Origin: an uncultured Nitrososphaerales archaeon
GTDB taxonomy: Archaea > Thermoproteota > Nitrososphaeria > Nitrososphaerales > Nitrososphaeraceae
Reading direction: 5' to 3'
NCBI GenBank assembly: GCA_963713605.1
Contig: CAVQMO010000001.1
Location: 672,001-736,000, forward strand
Length of the DNA: 64,000 bases
Shown here: positions 35,131-45,159 of the stretch, piece after piece
Numbering within the stretch: the stretch's first letter is position 1
How the letters are laid out: each line of letters begins with the position of its first letter
Notes under the pieces: generated by a model
The model's input: the letters and a program-made list of their open reading frames with translations, nothing else
Database searches by the model: none
What the model was told of the DNA's origin: nothing
Program-made: the position numbers and the translations under genes

Positions 35131-35295
35131 GATCGATAGACACTATTTTATTTAACACTATCGCTAAAGATATCTCAAAAGCGAACATAAATAGAATTTT
35201 ATAAATACTATAGCTGGGAAACAGGGAGGATAGCTCTGAATATCTATAGAAGTGTTTAATAGCAACCATTCCAAATCAAATACTGATCGGATGAA

Positions 35296-35499
35296 TTGAC
35301 TTTTTCTGATAGGCTAAATAAGGTTAAAGGTGAGATTCCATTTGCACTCACCGTAGTTCAAGATTGGCAATTAACTGAAGAAGATGCCGAGGTTCTACAA
35401 AAACGTGTTAATACGTGGGCGAAATTAAATCAGATAGTCCCTGATCAGGTTTGCTCGAAATACCTTAGTAGACCATTAGGAAGGATTCGACGTCCCTAG
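35296..35499 (+). CDS. Candidate graspetide (ATP-grasp RiPP) precursor peptide; may extend to 35583
   Basis: 67-aa ORF directly upstream of and co-oriented with the ligase. Leader-like IPFALTV. The frame stays open for 27 codons after the TAG (PINQSSSPTLPQWLGSDDKDILKIGIL*). Confidence 0.5.
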   Translation: MTFSDRLNKVKGEIPFALTVVQDWQLTEEDAEVLQKRVNTWAKLNQIVPDQVCSKYLSRPLGRIRRP

Positions 35500-35601
35500 C
35501 CTATAAATCAATCATCTTCACCCACATTACCACAATGGCTGGGGTCTGATGATAAAGATATTCTAAAAATTGGGATTTTGTAGGGTTCGTGTGTTTTTAT
35601 A

Positions 35602-36555
35602 ATGGTTAGAGATAAGGTATTGATTGTTTCTTCTGGTGACGACGAACACAGTAACGTAATATCACAATGGCTTAGGAAAGAGAATCTAGCCGATCCTGTC
35701 CTATTTAATTTTCACGATTTTCCTTTAAGTGCACAAATGACATATCACAATGAACATGGGTCGAGTCTTGTCATCCCAGGATTTGGAACACTAAAAGAGG
35801 ACCAAATTGCAGGAGTTTGGTGGCGTAGGCCGCAAAAATTCTCCTTTGAAAAAAGTATAGTTGATCCTAAAGTGAAAAGATTCTGTGAAGTAAATTGCCA
35901 ACATGCCATACAAGGATTTTTTGAAATTCTCGGAGACCGAGTAGTAGACCCTCCTTTTCGTATTCTAGCTGCTGATAGGAAACTGTTTCAGTTACACATA
36001 GCACAGCGCTGCGATCTCAAAGTTCCCTCTACATGTGCGACTAATGATCCGGCTGTTGCTCGCGACTTCATTGACTCACAATCCGACGGTGTCATATATA
36101 AGATCTTTCGAGAAACTACCAATTTTGTAACTGGGACAACGCTGCTAAAACCCACAGAGTTAGATAACTTACATATGCTTCGCCACAGCCCAGTAATTTT
36201 TCAACAATTCATAGAACCAGATTTCGATATTCGAATTACGATAGTAGGAAAGGATATCTTTTCAGCCAAGCTCACTTCCAGCAAACCAGATGGTAGAGTA
36301 GATATTCGGAAGGACGCTGTTTGCGAAGCTGAACCCTATGAACTACCTCAAGATATAGAACAAAAAATACGAAGGCTCATCTCTATAGTAGGACTGAGAT
36401 ACGCTGCTATTGATATGCGCACGAATAAAAAGGGTGAACATTATTTCCTTGAAATTAATCCTGTCGCTCAATACCTTTTCGTAGAAGTAGCTACCAATCA
36501 ACCAATCACCCGAACACTCGCACGGCTGTTGGCAGACCCCGTAAGTTCTAAATGA
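35602..36555 (+). CDS. ATP-grasp ligase, MvdC/MvdD-like RiPP (graspetide) maturase family
   Basis: GVWWRRP, DRKLFQLHIA...LKVPSTCATNDP, IYK, PVIFQQFI...DIRITIVG, DIR, GLRYAAID, YFLEINP..QYLFVE. Intact 317 aa. Confidence 0.85.
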   Translation: MVRDKVLIVSSGDDEHSNVISQWLRKENLADPVLFNFHDFPLSAQMTYHNEHGSSLVIPGFGTLKEDQIAGVWWRRPQKFSFEKSIVDPKVKRFCEVNCQHAIQGFFEILGDRVVDPPFRILAADRKLFQLHIAQRCDLKVPSTCATNDPAVARDFIDSQSDGVIYKIFRETTNFVTGTTLLKPTELDNLHMLRHSPVIFQQFIEPDFDIRITIVGKDIFSAKLTSSKPDGRVDIRKDAVCEAEPYELPQDIEQKIRRLISIVGLRYAAIDMRTNKKGEHYFLEINPVAQYLFVEVATNQPITRTLARLLADPVSSK

Positions 36556-36625
36556 ACTAGAGGTACTCGAATAATACGATATAAGTATCAAGTGATAATG
36601 ATCGACATTGTTAATAGCTGTTCAA

Positions 36626-36865
36626 TTATAGTTGTTGAACGATTAGTTTGGAATGTTGCAAAATCCATTTGTATTCGCTCAAAGTATCATATATGAAGCC
36701 ATCATCTGGTCTGCAAAATTGATGATAAAATGTATTCGTTTGACCGTTTTCACCTTGGGCAACGTATAAGTGATCTGGACATCCCCATTCTTTACATTTA
36801 TTGCACTTGTGAAATTCATTGGATTTGTCAAACTCATGACACCTCGGCTCTCGACACTTAGCCAT
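36626..36865 (-). CDS. Small Cys/His-rich zinc-finger-like protein
   Basis: C-x4-C...CxxC-x4-CxxH...HxxC in 79 aa. Confidence 0.6.
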   Translation of the reverse strand: MAKCREPRCHEFDKSNEFHKCNKCKEWGCPDHLYVAQGENGQTNTFYHQFCRPDDGFIYDTLSEYKWILQHSKLIVQQL

Positions 36866-36958
36866 ACAATCAGACTAGCCTGACTCTACTTTTGAATGGA
36901 TTGATTTGAGAAGGTACACACATTAGACCGGAATTTCACTATAAAATACATTATAAAA

Positions 36959-37014
36959 TAACAGCCGGTAACAGTGTGTAACAATAATCATTATGGCTGT
37001 AACAAGTGATAACA
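36959..37014 (+). promoter_or_regulatory. Helically phased TAACA array (operator/iteron-like)
   Basis: TAACA starts at 36959, 36969, 36979, 37000 and 37010 (spacing 10, 10, 21, 10), preceded by tataaaata twice. Confidence 0.5.
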
Positions 37015-37051
37015 GATCGAAAAAGCTAAGAGTAGCTGTTTCCCAATTAAA

Positions 37052-37723
37052 TTGTACAGATTTATGCAAGCGTTACTGAATAAGAAAGAGAAAGATGAGT
37101 TAGCGATCCAGCTCTATCAAGAAGGTAAGTCCATGCGAGAGATTGCTCAACAATCTCATCTGTCATTCGGAACTATAGGTAAGATCATTAGACGATTTAA
37201 TGGGCTTGATAATAGTCAAACTCTACCAAGTGATATGAGCAATAAGTCTAAACAAACTCAAGCTTTATTTCTATTCGCACAAGGCAAGCGTCCAATTGAT
37301 GTTGCTGTAGAATTAGATCTTTCATCCAGCGAAGTAGAGAATAAATTACAAGAGTTTTGGATATTGAACAATCTAGACGAACTTGCATGTATATACCTTT
37401 GTCCAGATAATCTTGATCTGTTTCTTCAACTATTTCACATAATGAAGCAAAATAAACTGTTTAATCAGAAAGATATTAAAACTGTGATGAAATATGCTCG
37501 TGATTTACCATCTTTGGAGAACAAATTCCGTGATATTGCAAACACAGTATTAGATCTAGAAATTAAGAAAAAAGAATTGACTGCTCAACTATTAGATCTT
37601 AAATATGTCATAAACCAATACCAAAATGCTATTGATATGAAGAGAGAAAGGCTGTCTAAGATGGAGTCTTCTATGTCACAACTAGCCATCCGCTGTGGTA
37701 AACGAAGGTCAGAGAAGACTTAA
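37052..37723 (+). CDS. Helix-turn-helix plus coiled-coil protein, probably mobile-element associated
   Basis: Two HTH-like segments (GKSMREIAQQSHLSFGTIGKII; GKRPIDVAVELDLSSSEV) and a C-terminal heptad-rich region. Confidence 0.7.
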   Translation: MYRFMQALLNKKEKDELAIQLYQEGKSMREIAQQSHLSFGTIGKIIRRFNGLDNSQTLPSDMSNKSKQTQALFLFAQGKRPIDVAVELDLSSSEVENKLQEFWILNNLDELACIYLCPDNLDLFLQLFHIMKQNKLFNQKDIKTVMKYARDLPSLENKFRDIANTVLDLEIKKKELTAQLLDLKYVINQYQNAIDMKRERLSKMESSMSQLAIRCGKRRSEKT

Positions 37724-38114
37724 AAGTGAAATCATTGCCATGTCTCAATCACAGGCTACAAATTGCAGCTGCATTTTCTCTCCAGTTAATTATCGAAAAG
37801 ATATAACATAAATCTGAATTAATCCAGACAAGATTTGTAGTCAAATAGGAGCTTGAAGAAGAAAATTGATTAGCTCTCAAGGTGTCGGATTTAGCATGCT
37901 AACTGCGGTTCTAATGCTATCCATGATTATGCTAGTTACGACTGATGAGTTCACAGCGAGTTAGCAACTAATGGACCTCCACTATCAGATAGACAACCAA
38001 TAGCAATATAATGAAGATATTCAAATTGGATGTTAGATTGTGTAATCGCTAGGGGAACGGTTTATAACAGAGGCATTATCGCCGACTTACCTTAAGACAA
38101 CACTATTAATTATA

Positions 38115-38481
38115 TTAATGGCCGTGGCTGAATTGTATTGTTGCTGACGGTTGAGCAGAATAGGTAATAACATTCCATTTATTATCTTTAAAAGTCCAAG
38201 CTTGTGTCTGTTTAATATCAGTTTGATTGTCAGTTACTAAATATGTAATCTGATATCCAGGCAGACCTGATATCACTGTGGGAATAGATTGGCAGCAAAG
38301 TAACGTTACCAAAGGTTTGCCTTAGACTAGCAATAGTAGAATTTAATGTTTCATCTATTAGAAATTTGGCAGTTTTTGAAGCGTCAGCTGCACTAGCAAT
38401 TATCAGATATGGAGATAAATCTATAAAGATCATAAACAGAATCAAGCCACTCATTGCAACCAGTGGGATAAAATGTCTCAT
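38115..38481 (-). pseudogene. Secreted PsbP-like protein remnant (tentative)
   Basis: A signal-peptide ORF followed in another frame by ISGLPGYQITY...QAWTFKDNKWNVITYSA. Confidence 0.45.
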
Positions 38482-39463
38482 TTTTTGCTAATACTATACC
38501 TTCTTCTCAGCATCTGCACATAATACTTTACGACAGATAATGAATATATAACCAAATGGCCAGAGCGTTGCCAAAAAATGGTTGTAATTCTCATATGCAA
38601 AGCATAGTCTATTCATCAGGCCGAATTTTACCATATAATAGGTTATGAAATAACAGGTAGTATTGAGAGTAGCGGCCTACCTAGGCGCTACAATCACAAA
38701 AATTGTGCAGTCAGACTTAATATCATATAATTATTAATTTCTAATTCTATAGTCGGGTCTGACTCAGATACTAGCACGTTATTCGTTAACAGATTCCTGT
38801 CTAGGAACAACTTTGTTACTCCTATGGAATTCTATCTCCATTCCCCTAGTTTGACTATATTCTATTCTGAATGATTCGTCAGTCGCGATAGAAATCAGTT
38901 CAGTATTTTGAGAATTACAAATGTGACAATCTAGAATCCAGATAGAGACTTTAACTCGTCACTGCCGAAATAAGATGCACACCAATAACACGAATTACAA
39001 ATCACAAAATAGATTTTATCGATAGGCCGCAAAATCTTATTATCTTCAACAGTATTCGAAGAGATCTTTGTTTGCAGCAAGTCATATACTATATTAAGTC
39101 TGACCATTTCTTATCCCATTCCCTAGAAGCCTTTAGTCGGCAGCTATAGTTTTTATGTATTATTATCTCGGCCTTGTTTTTTAAAGAGGCTATGAATTGC
39201 TGAAAGAATGATCATTTATTATAAATTCTGAGCTCTAAAATAGCAAATCTCTGTGTATTTTTTAAAGTCTTTTATATCCGAGTGAATAATTCTACAATAG
39301 TGTTAAATAATCTTGCGAGTCTTTTTGATCCTGGCAAAAAAACTGTAATGATATGCGATGACGAGCGAGATTTGATTATGTATCCAATGTCGTAATCGTA
39401 TCTATAAGACTATGATGTAACCAAAGTCAACTAGTAGAACAAAAAATAACAAGGCACAAAACC

Positions 39464-39916
39464 ATGGTGAGGAAAAATGCTATCAATAAATATAAACTGC
39501 CAGTACCGAAAGATCAGTTACAGCGTATTGACAGAACTTCATCGCCAGCTCATTTGGGCAAACTTCGAAACGCCATTGATCTTTTAGTTGATAAAGATAC
39601 GCCCGTTCTTGCCGCAGCCGACGGAATAGTGACTTTTGTTAAAGATATCTCTGACATCGGAGGACCTAATCCAGCATATTGGGAGTATACAAACTTTATT
39701 GTAATTATGCACTCAAATGGAGAATACTCACGTTACGATCATTTAAGCTACAATAGTTCAATGGTGAAAGTTGGTCAACGTGTCAGAGCAGGCGAAGAGA
39801 TAGCTAAGGTTGGAATGACTGGTTACACATATCTACCACACCTTCATTTCCAGGTTTTTGTGATTAGTGGAATTAATATGTGGACAGACTTCGATACTGT
39901 AAAAGTTCGATTTTAA
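39464..39916 (+). CDS. M23-family metallopeptidase
   Basis: H...AID zinc motif, TPVLAAADGIV, YDHL, VKVGQRVRAGEEIAKVGMTG, PHLHF. Confidence 0.9.
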   Translation: MVRKNAINKYKLPVPKDQLQRIDRTSSPAHLGKLRNAIDLLVDKDTPVLAAADGIVTFVKDISDIGGPNPAYWEYTNFIVIMHSNGEYSRYDHLSYNSSMVKVGQRVRAGEEIAKVGMTGYTYLPHLHFQVFVISGINMWTDFDTVKVRF

Positions 39917-41417
39917 TATTCTCCCAGGCATTACTGTCGTAAATATTGCGCGATTAAACATAATATTATTTAGCGGTCAATCTATCGATAGCCTATCTAT
40001 CAATCAATTATTGTTACTATCCAACAGAACACGACTCCCATTGTCAAGGATTTAACACAAGAAGTCTAGAGAATACGTGAATAGTCTGCTAAATCTACTC
40101 AATTAATCAAAACTAGAGATATCGATAGAATTGAAATGCTTGGAGAAGCGCATCTAAGTGTTCGAATTTAAAATTGTTTCTCCGGTAGTGGTTATTGCGA
40201 TGATCGTTCCCGACCAACTAACTTCAGCCGAGTCCAATCAAAATGGTACTGGATACTAACTCAGACATCATAATCTCTCCAGGAGATTCAGAATATATGT
40301 TCTGGCCGTTATCTAATTAATATTTTGTCACTAAATTGTGCATATATCACTCAATGTTTAAGCTTTGGGCTTTCGATTGAAGAACGCAACAACGAGTCAA
40401 AGACTGGAAATTTCGACGTGTACTAGATTGAATAACAGTGGATTACGCAAAAGCGACAACCATTTCATGAGATGTATTTGAGTTTCCATTTTAAATGGAC
40501 TGAATTAAGCAGGTTTCAAAATTATGGTTGAACACACATAGGCAAAATCTTTATGAACGTGTTACAATAGGATGAAACCCGATCTAGAACGTAAAAGATA
40601 GCATTTTGACAATCCGTCTAGGGAAATCATTTTGACACTTTTTGTCAGTAAATGGAAAAAGTATTCTAGAAGAACAGGGATTGAACCCTATCAAGCATCA
40701 GATTGCCGGATCTGAGAAAATGTTCCGGCGGCAATTAGGAGTATGTTAGTCACTTTACAAATAGTTCAAAACGTATCGATAGCAAGATAAACTGAAGATC
40801 TAAACATTTCGATGAGCAAGAACTTTTGAAGAATGCTGCGGAGCATGTTGTCAAAGATCATGGATATACAGAAGATATCATGAGACCGCTTTTGCTACAG
40901 ATTTAGATATGATTATTCCAATTTTAGTGACGAGAATATCCGAATCGCACCTATTTGTAGTAGGTGCATCGGGACTGATTCATCTCCAAACTTTTTTAGT
41001 TTCTGATACTACAATACTCTTATTTGGATAATATTAATCAGCCTAAGCTGGTACTATTTGTTGCTCAGGAGATTCTTGTCTGTCAACAATTTTTTTATTT
41101 CTATAGAACTCTATCTGCATACCCCGGGTGACATTATAATCTATTCTAAATGACTCATTCGATGAGATGAGTATAAGCTCTGTATTATGGGAATTACAAA
41201 GATGACACCGAAGAACTTGTGGCGAAGACTCCAAGTCGTCAATTCCGAAATTTATCGTTTATGTGTTATAGCATGTTCTGTTAATGGCTTAGACTTTTAG
41301 AGAGAAAATTATTTCCGGTGGCCACCGATACCGCCATGGCGGAAATCCGTTTTACAGTGTAGAGACAAAATAAAATCTCAGCTATAGAATAACTAGATGA
41401 ATAGCCAATTGACTGTT

Positions 41418-41964
41418 CTATTTGTAGACTTCTGCTGCAGCCTCTTTTGCTGTGTTTGCGATTGTTTTTGCGTTGTTTACATTAATTCTTGAAAGTTCTT
41501 CTGTATGCTGTTTTAGCTCGTTCGAATGCGCGTCCCATAGCATCAATATTTCCAAATAAGATATCATTATTTATTCTTGTTGCTGCTGAAATATTTTCTG
41601 CGATATTACTAACTGATCTGGCCCATAGCTCGGTTGGTACTCTTGGAGATAACCAGTTGTTGTACATTCTTTGTACATTTTCATAGTATGGAATTGAAGA
41701 GTCGAAGACAGAATTTATTATTGATTTTTGAGCTTCGATATAGTCTTCTGTCATTTTTCCAGTTGATTCTAGTGCTTGTTCCTGATAATTCTTGACGACA
41801 TCTGCATATCGTGGAATTTGATCTTTTGCTTCGTCTATTGATTTTTTTACATTCTTTTTAGTTTCATTCAATGACGCGTTTATAGATTCTTGTGCCGCAG
41901 TTCTAGCTTGTTCAGCAACTTTCTTTGTAGCTTCAACGGCTTTCTCTTCCTCTCGTTTTGACAT
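41418..41964 (-). pseudogene. Amphipathic helical protein (phasin-like, tentative); frameshift near the 3' end
   Basis: Ala/Glu/Lys-rich helical ORF 41482-41964 that continues in another frame as EELSRINVNNAKTIANTAKEAAAEVYK*. Confidence 0.5.
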
Positions 41965-42731
41965 ACCACTACACTATTAACATAGCTATATAAATGTTGG
42001 TAATAAATGGTGTTCAACACCATCTAAAGACTATATATGGAGAGAATCAGACGGATCGGTAATAAATTAATGGCTTATTGACACAGCAGAAAGCAGAAAA
42101 ACAAAGCAGCCAGATCACTTCTGAGTACATTATTGTTTTTTTGAACTGTCAGTCTTATTAGTCGCCCAAGCAATATAGATATTTTCATCAGATACAGCAA
42201 CTGAGACTTTGCGCTGGGGTCCCTATACTGCAACCGTTCCAAAGCTCAGGTGAGGCATTAATCGAGATATTAAAAGTGCTGATCGTAGTTGTTCCAAGAG
42301 CGATAATTATCATTATTATTGTTGTAGTTGTAGTTGTAGTTGTTTCTGTAGCTAGATGTTTATTCGTCTATCACTATGCTATCTACCGATCGATATAAAG
42401 GCCTATCAACATCAACAGATATCTATTAGGATTAGTCATCTGTAAATTTAGCAGCTTTCTCTGTAAAGGGTTAGATATCTATAATCAAGCAATCATCATT
42501 CAAAACTATTAACAATATCTGTTATAGATAGCATCTGCTCCCACTTAATTAGTCTGTTGCCGACCCGCATCATAACAGTCAAGGCCTTAAGCGATATTAA
42601 ATTATATCTTTATTGTTATATTCGATAAAGTGATTACTTAATTAAGTCTCATATGGAAAGGAGTAGAAAAAGGAAATTGCAACATTCACGTGCTGTGCCT
42701 TTATCACCAAGGTTTAATGATTACCCCGTAA

Positions 42732-42977
42732 TTAGTAAAACAAGTCATCGAAAAGTCCTCTCCTTCTCTGTGTATTATTATTATAATAGTCATCATACTC
42801 TCCATTTCTATAATGATACTGGTTAATGTGTTGGTCATCGTAGTCGCTTTGGATTTTGGCTATCTTATCTATCTCACCTCTATCTAACCATACTCCCTTG
42901 CAGGATGGACAGTAATCAATATTGACCCCGTACTTTTGCATTAGTAACAATTGAGTCGAACAATTTGGACATTGCAT
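42732..42977 (-). CDS. zf-TFIIB-type zinc-ribbon domain protein
   Basis: MQCPNC...IDYCPSCKGVWLDRGEIDKI with a Tyr/Asp-rich tail. Confidence 0.85.
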   Translation of the reverse strand: MQCPNCSTQLLLMQKYGVNIDYCPSCKGVWLDRGEIDKIAKIQSDYDDQHINQYHYRNGEYDDYYNNNTQRRRGLFDDLFY

Positions 42978-43102
42978 CTCTGAATCTAATCGCCTCTTAT
43001 GTGCTCATATAAACATGTGTCATTTAAAATCTTATTTGAAATTCATTTATTCCACTAAATATCCCAGAAGCTTATATATTTAGGCCTTTTTATAGTCAGG
43101 TC

Positions 43103-43270
43103 ATGAAAACTGTCCAGATTTTGATCTTGATTATTATTGCGGTATTCATAATCGTAATGTTCGCGACGTTCTCGTTCCTATTTCACTTTTTCTTTATGAT
43201 CCCTGTTATTACAACGCTGACACTAGATGGGCAAGGGCTATCTTTGTCTCCAATTATTCCTCAGATGTGA
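43103..43270 (+). CDS. 55-aa single-TM microprotein
   Basis: Hand translation MKTVQILILIIIAVFIIVMFATFSFLFHFFFMIPV...; TATA-like ttatatat upstream. Confidence 0.45.
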   Translation: MKTVQILILIIIAVFIIVMFATFSFLFHFFFMIPVITTLTLDGQGLSLSPIIPQM

Positions 43271-43309
43271 AAAAATTCTATAACGATCACGTAGGCACTG
43301 TTAGTTAGA

Positions 43310-43402
43310 TTAATGCCAGAACTACATAGATAACCTGAAAGCATCAAACAAGTCGTCATGTGAGGTTTCTTCTTTGTCCAACGCAGCTTCTCCATTTTCT
43401 AA
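43310..43402 (-). pseudogene. Terminase large subunit extreme C-terminal relic
   Basis: ENGEAALDKEETSHDDLFDAFRLSM*FWH*, homologous to LDKQQTSHHDTLDSFRLAL at about 4300-4360. Confidence 0.7.
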
Positions 43403-43459
43403 TCGCTTCCACACTGAAGGCTGCGAGATAGGTAAAGGCTTATTTATAAAAAAAGGTTA

Positions 43460-43612
43460 AACTGCCCTTCTAAACAAAGGTGATTCATCCCTTATCTCTT
43501 CGCATCTTTTTCGATAGTCCAGATATTCCTGGATAGCCTTAGCACATTCAGGAGTGAAAAATGTGTAATATTTGTCACGAGTACGAGCATAAACCTGGAC
43601 TTTGTATAAGAG
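43460..43612 (-). pseudogene. Tyrosine recombinase/integrase internal fragment
   Basis: LYKVQVYARTRDKYYTFFTPECAKAIQEYLDYRKR...DESPLFR resembles the catalytic-domain segment of archaeal integrases. Confidence 0.65.
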
Positions 43613-43894
43613 GACGGATATGCCCAGGTGAATATTGTCCAACACAAATCTGTTGACTTGCTCATCAAGTGCACTAGTTCTTTTGTCTCTCATCTACAAA
43701 GCATCTCAATCCACAAGATAATTCGTGATCGTCAGACGTTGCCAGTTCTAGAACTACTTCTATCTAGTAAGGAAACTCAATATTATGAAATTACTCAAAA
43801 ATGTTTCTGATTCATTACAGTTATTCGCAGAAAAGTCAAGGTTGTGAGGCATCCTGAATAGGATTATTGTAAAGTTATTTACTAATAATACAAA

Positions 43895-44266
43895 CTATAA
43901 TCCAACCCTCTTCATTTTTGAACCACATTTAGGACATGCTATCTCTCTGTGCTCATAACCACATTTCATACAATAGTATTTGACTTTACTTTGGCTATCG
44001 TCAATTGAATTAGAGGTATTGGGTTTGTATAATTCTTTAATCTTTTTGAAGTCAAACCCAGTAACTGTGCTTGTAGGATTTTTCATGCCTAATTTTCTTA
44101 GGAGCAGATATCTCCTGTACCAACCAAGTACCAGGAATGCAACCAATGCTAGAGCAAGGTCGGTTGGGAATGGCAAGAGAAGCGTAATGATAAAAGCAAC
44201 AGCTAAATAAATGGCAGTCCATTTGAGCTGATTCAAAACAAGCTGTTTCCTATCAAAGTCCTTCAT
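43895..44266 (-). CDS. 2-TM protein with C-terminal zinc ribbon
   Basis: YYCMKCGYEHREIACPKCGSKMKRVG. Paralog of 56810-57154. Confidence 0.8.
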   Translation of the reverse strand: MKDFDRKQLVLNQLKWTAIYLAVAFIITLLLPFPTDLALALVAFLVLGWYRRYLLLRKLGMKNPTSTVTGFDFKKIKELYKPNTSNSIDDSQSKVKYYCMKCGYEHREIACPKCGSKMKRVGL

Positions 44267-44539
44267 TTACGTCCATTCCTATAGTATAATAGTGCAAACT
44301 AGAATATAACATTCCTGTCTTCATCTCATAACAAAAATGCATTATCTGCTATAATAACTGCATTTAGAGAAGATGAAAATTAGTTATAGACAGAACAATA
44401 AACGCAAAAGGAATTTACTGGATAGACAACAAATTGGTTTCAGTCATGAGGAATATATTTCGGCTTATAATAAGACTTATGTCACTTCCAATTGAGCAAG
44501 TAATTAGCTGAACTATATGCATTCGCCAATCACTTTACT

Positions 44540-45038
44540 TTAATCGAATATTTGTCCTCTAATTTCTCCTTCAGGATTTTGTTTAGTAAGGATATTAACA
44601 TATGTATTATTTCCACCTACAAGTGTAGTCAGATCAGATATCTGTTTTCCATTCAATAGACCTTGAAGTATATCAGCTGTCATGTAACCTTCTGCTAACA
44701 GTCTATCTACTGGACCGGTGGGTGCTAGATCATTGAAGCGTATGAGTGTTACTACAACGGGACCATTTTCACCTTTTTTCCCTTGTTGTATTTGAGCAGT
44801 AATAGCGTTATCTATGTCATTCCAATACTGCTATGAATAAGAGTAGAATTACCAGTAACCTTAGAGTTTGTGGGCGGCACTTCATCTTGACCAATAAGAT
44901 TTGCGGTAAAGTTTTGCTTACCTTGAGTTAACACAGATGTTGGAAGTTTAATAGATGATGAAGACATCATAATACTTGTTACGCATATTACTGCTACAAG
45001 ACTAAAACATGATATAATTACTGCTACATTTTTGGCAC
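44540..45038 (-). pseudogene. Secreted CHRD-domain protein, frameshifted
   Basis: FTANLIGQDEVPPTNSKVTG ... GKKGENGPVVVTL ... TYVNILTKQNPEGEIRGQI. Confidence 0.8.
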
Positions 45039-45159
45039 TCTTTATTTCTTCTGATCTTGCTCCAATGAAACGAATCTAAAGCCTTGCCATTTATAAGTTA
45101 TTTACGCAAGCCAATCTAGCAATATAATGCCAAGATCAACTTTTTGAAATTCTTAAGAA

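Noticed and set aside
1846..35499. Programmed amber readthrough (pyrrolysine) explaining the in-frame TAGs at 1846 and 35497
   Set aside because: No pyl genes in the window, many intact genes end in TAG, and in-frame TGA and indels are also common. Ordinary nonsense mutation is simpler.
39331..40880. Tiny scraps resembling a receiver domain (KKTVMICDDERDL, ~39335) and a DUF1059-like protein (EQELLKNAAEHVVKDHGY, ~40812)
   Set aside because: Too short to call with confidence.
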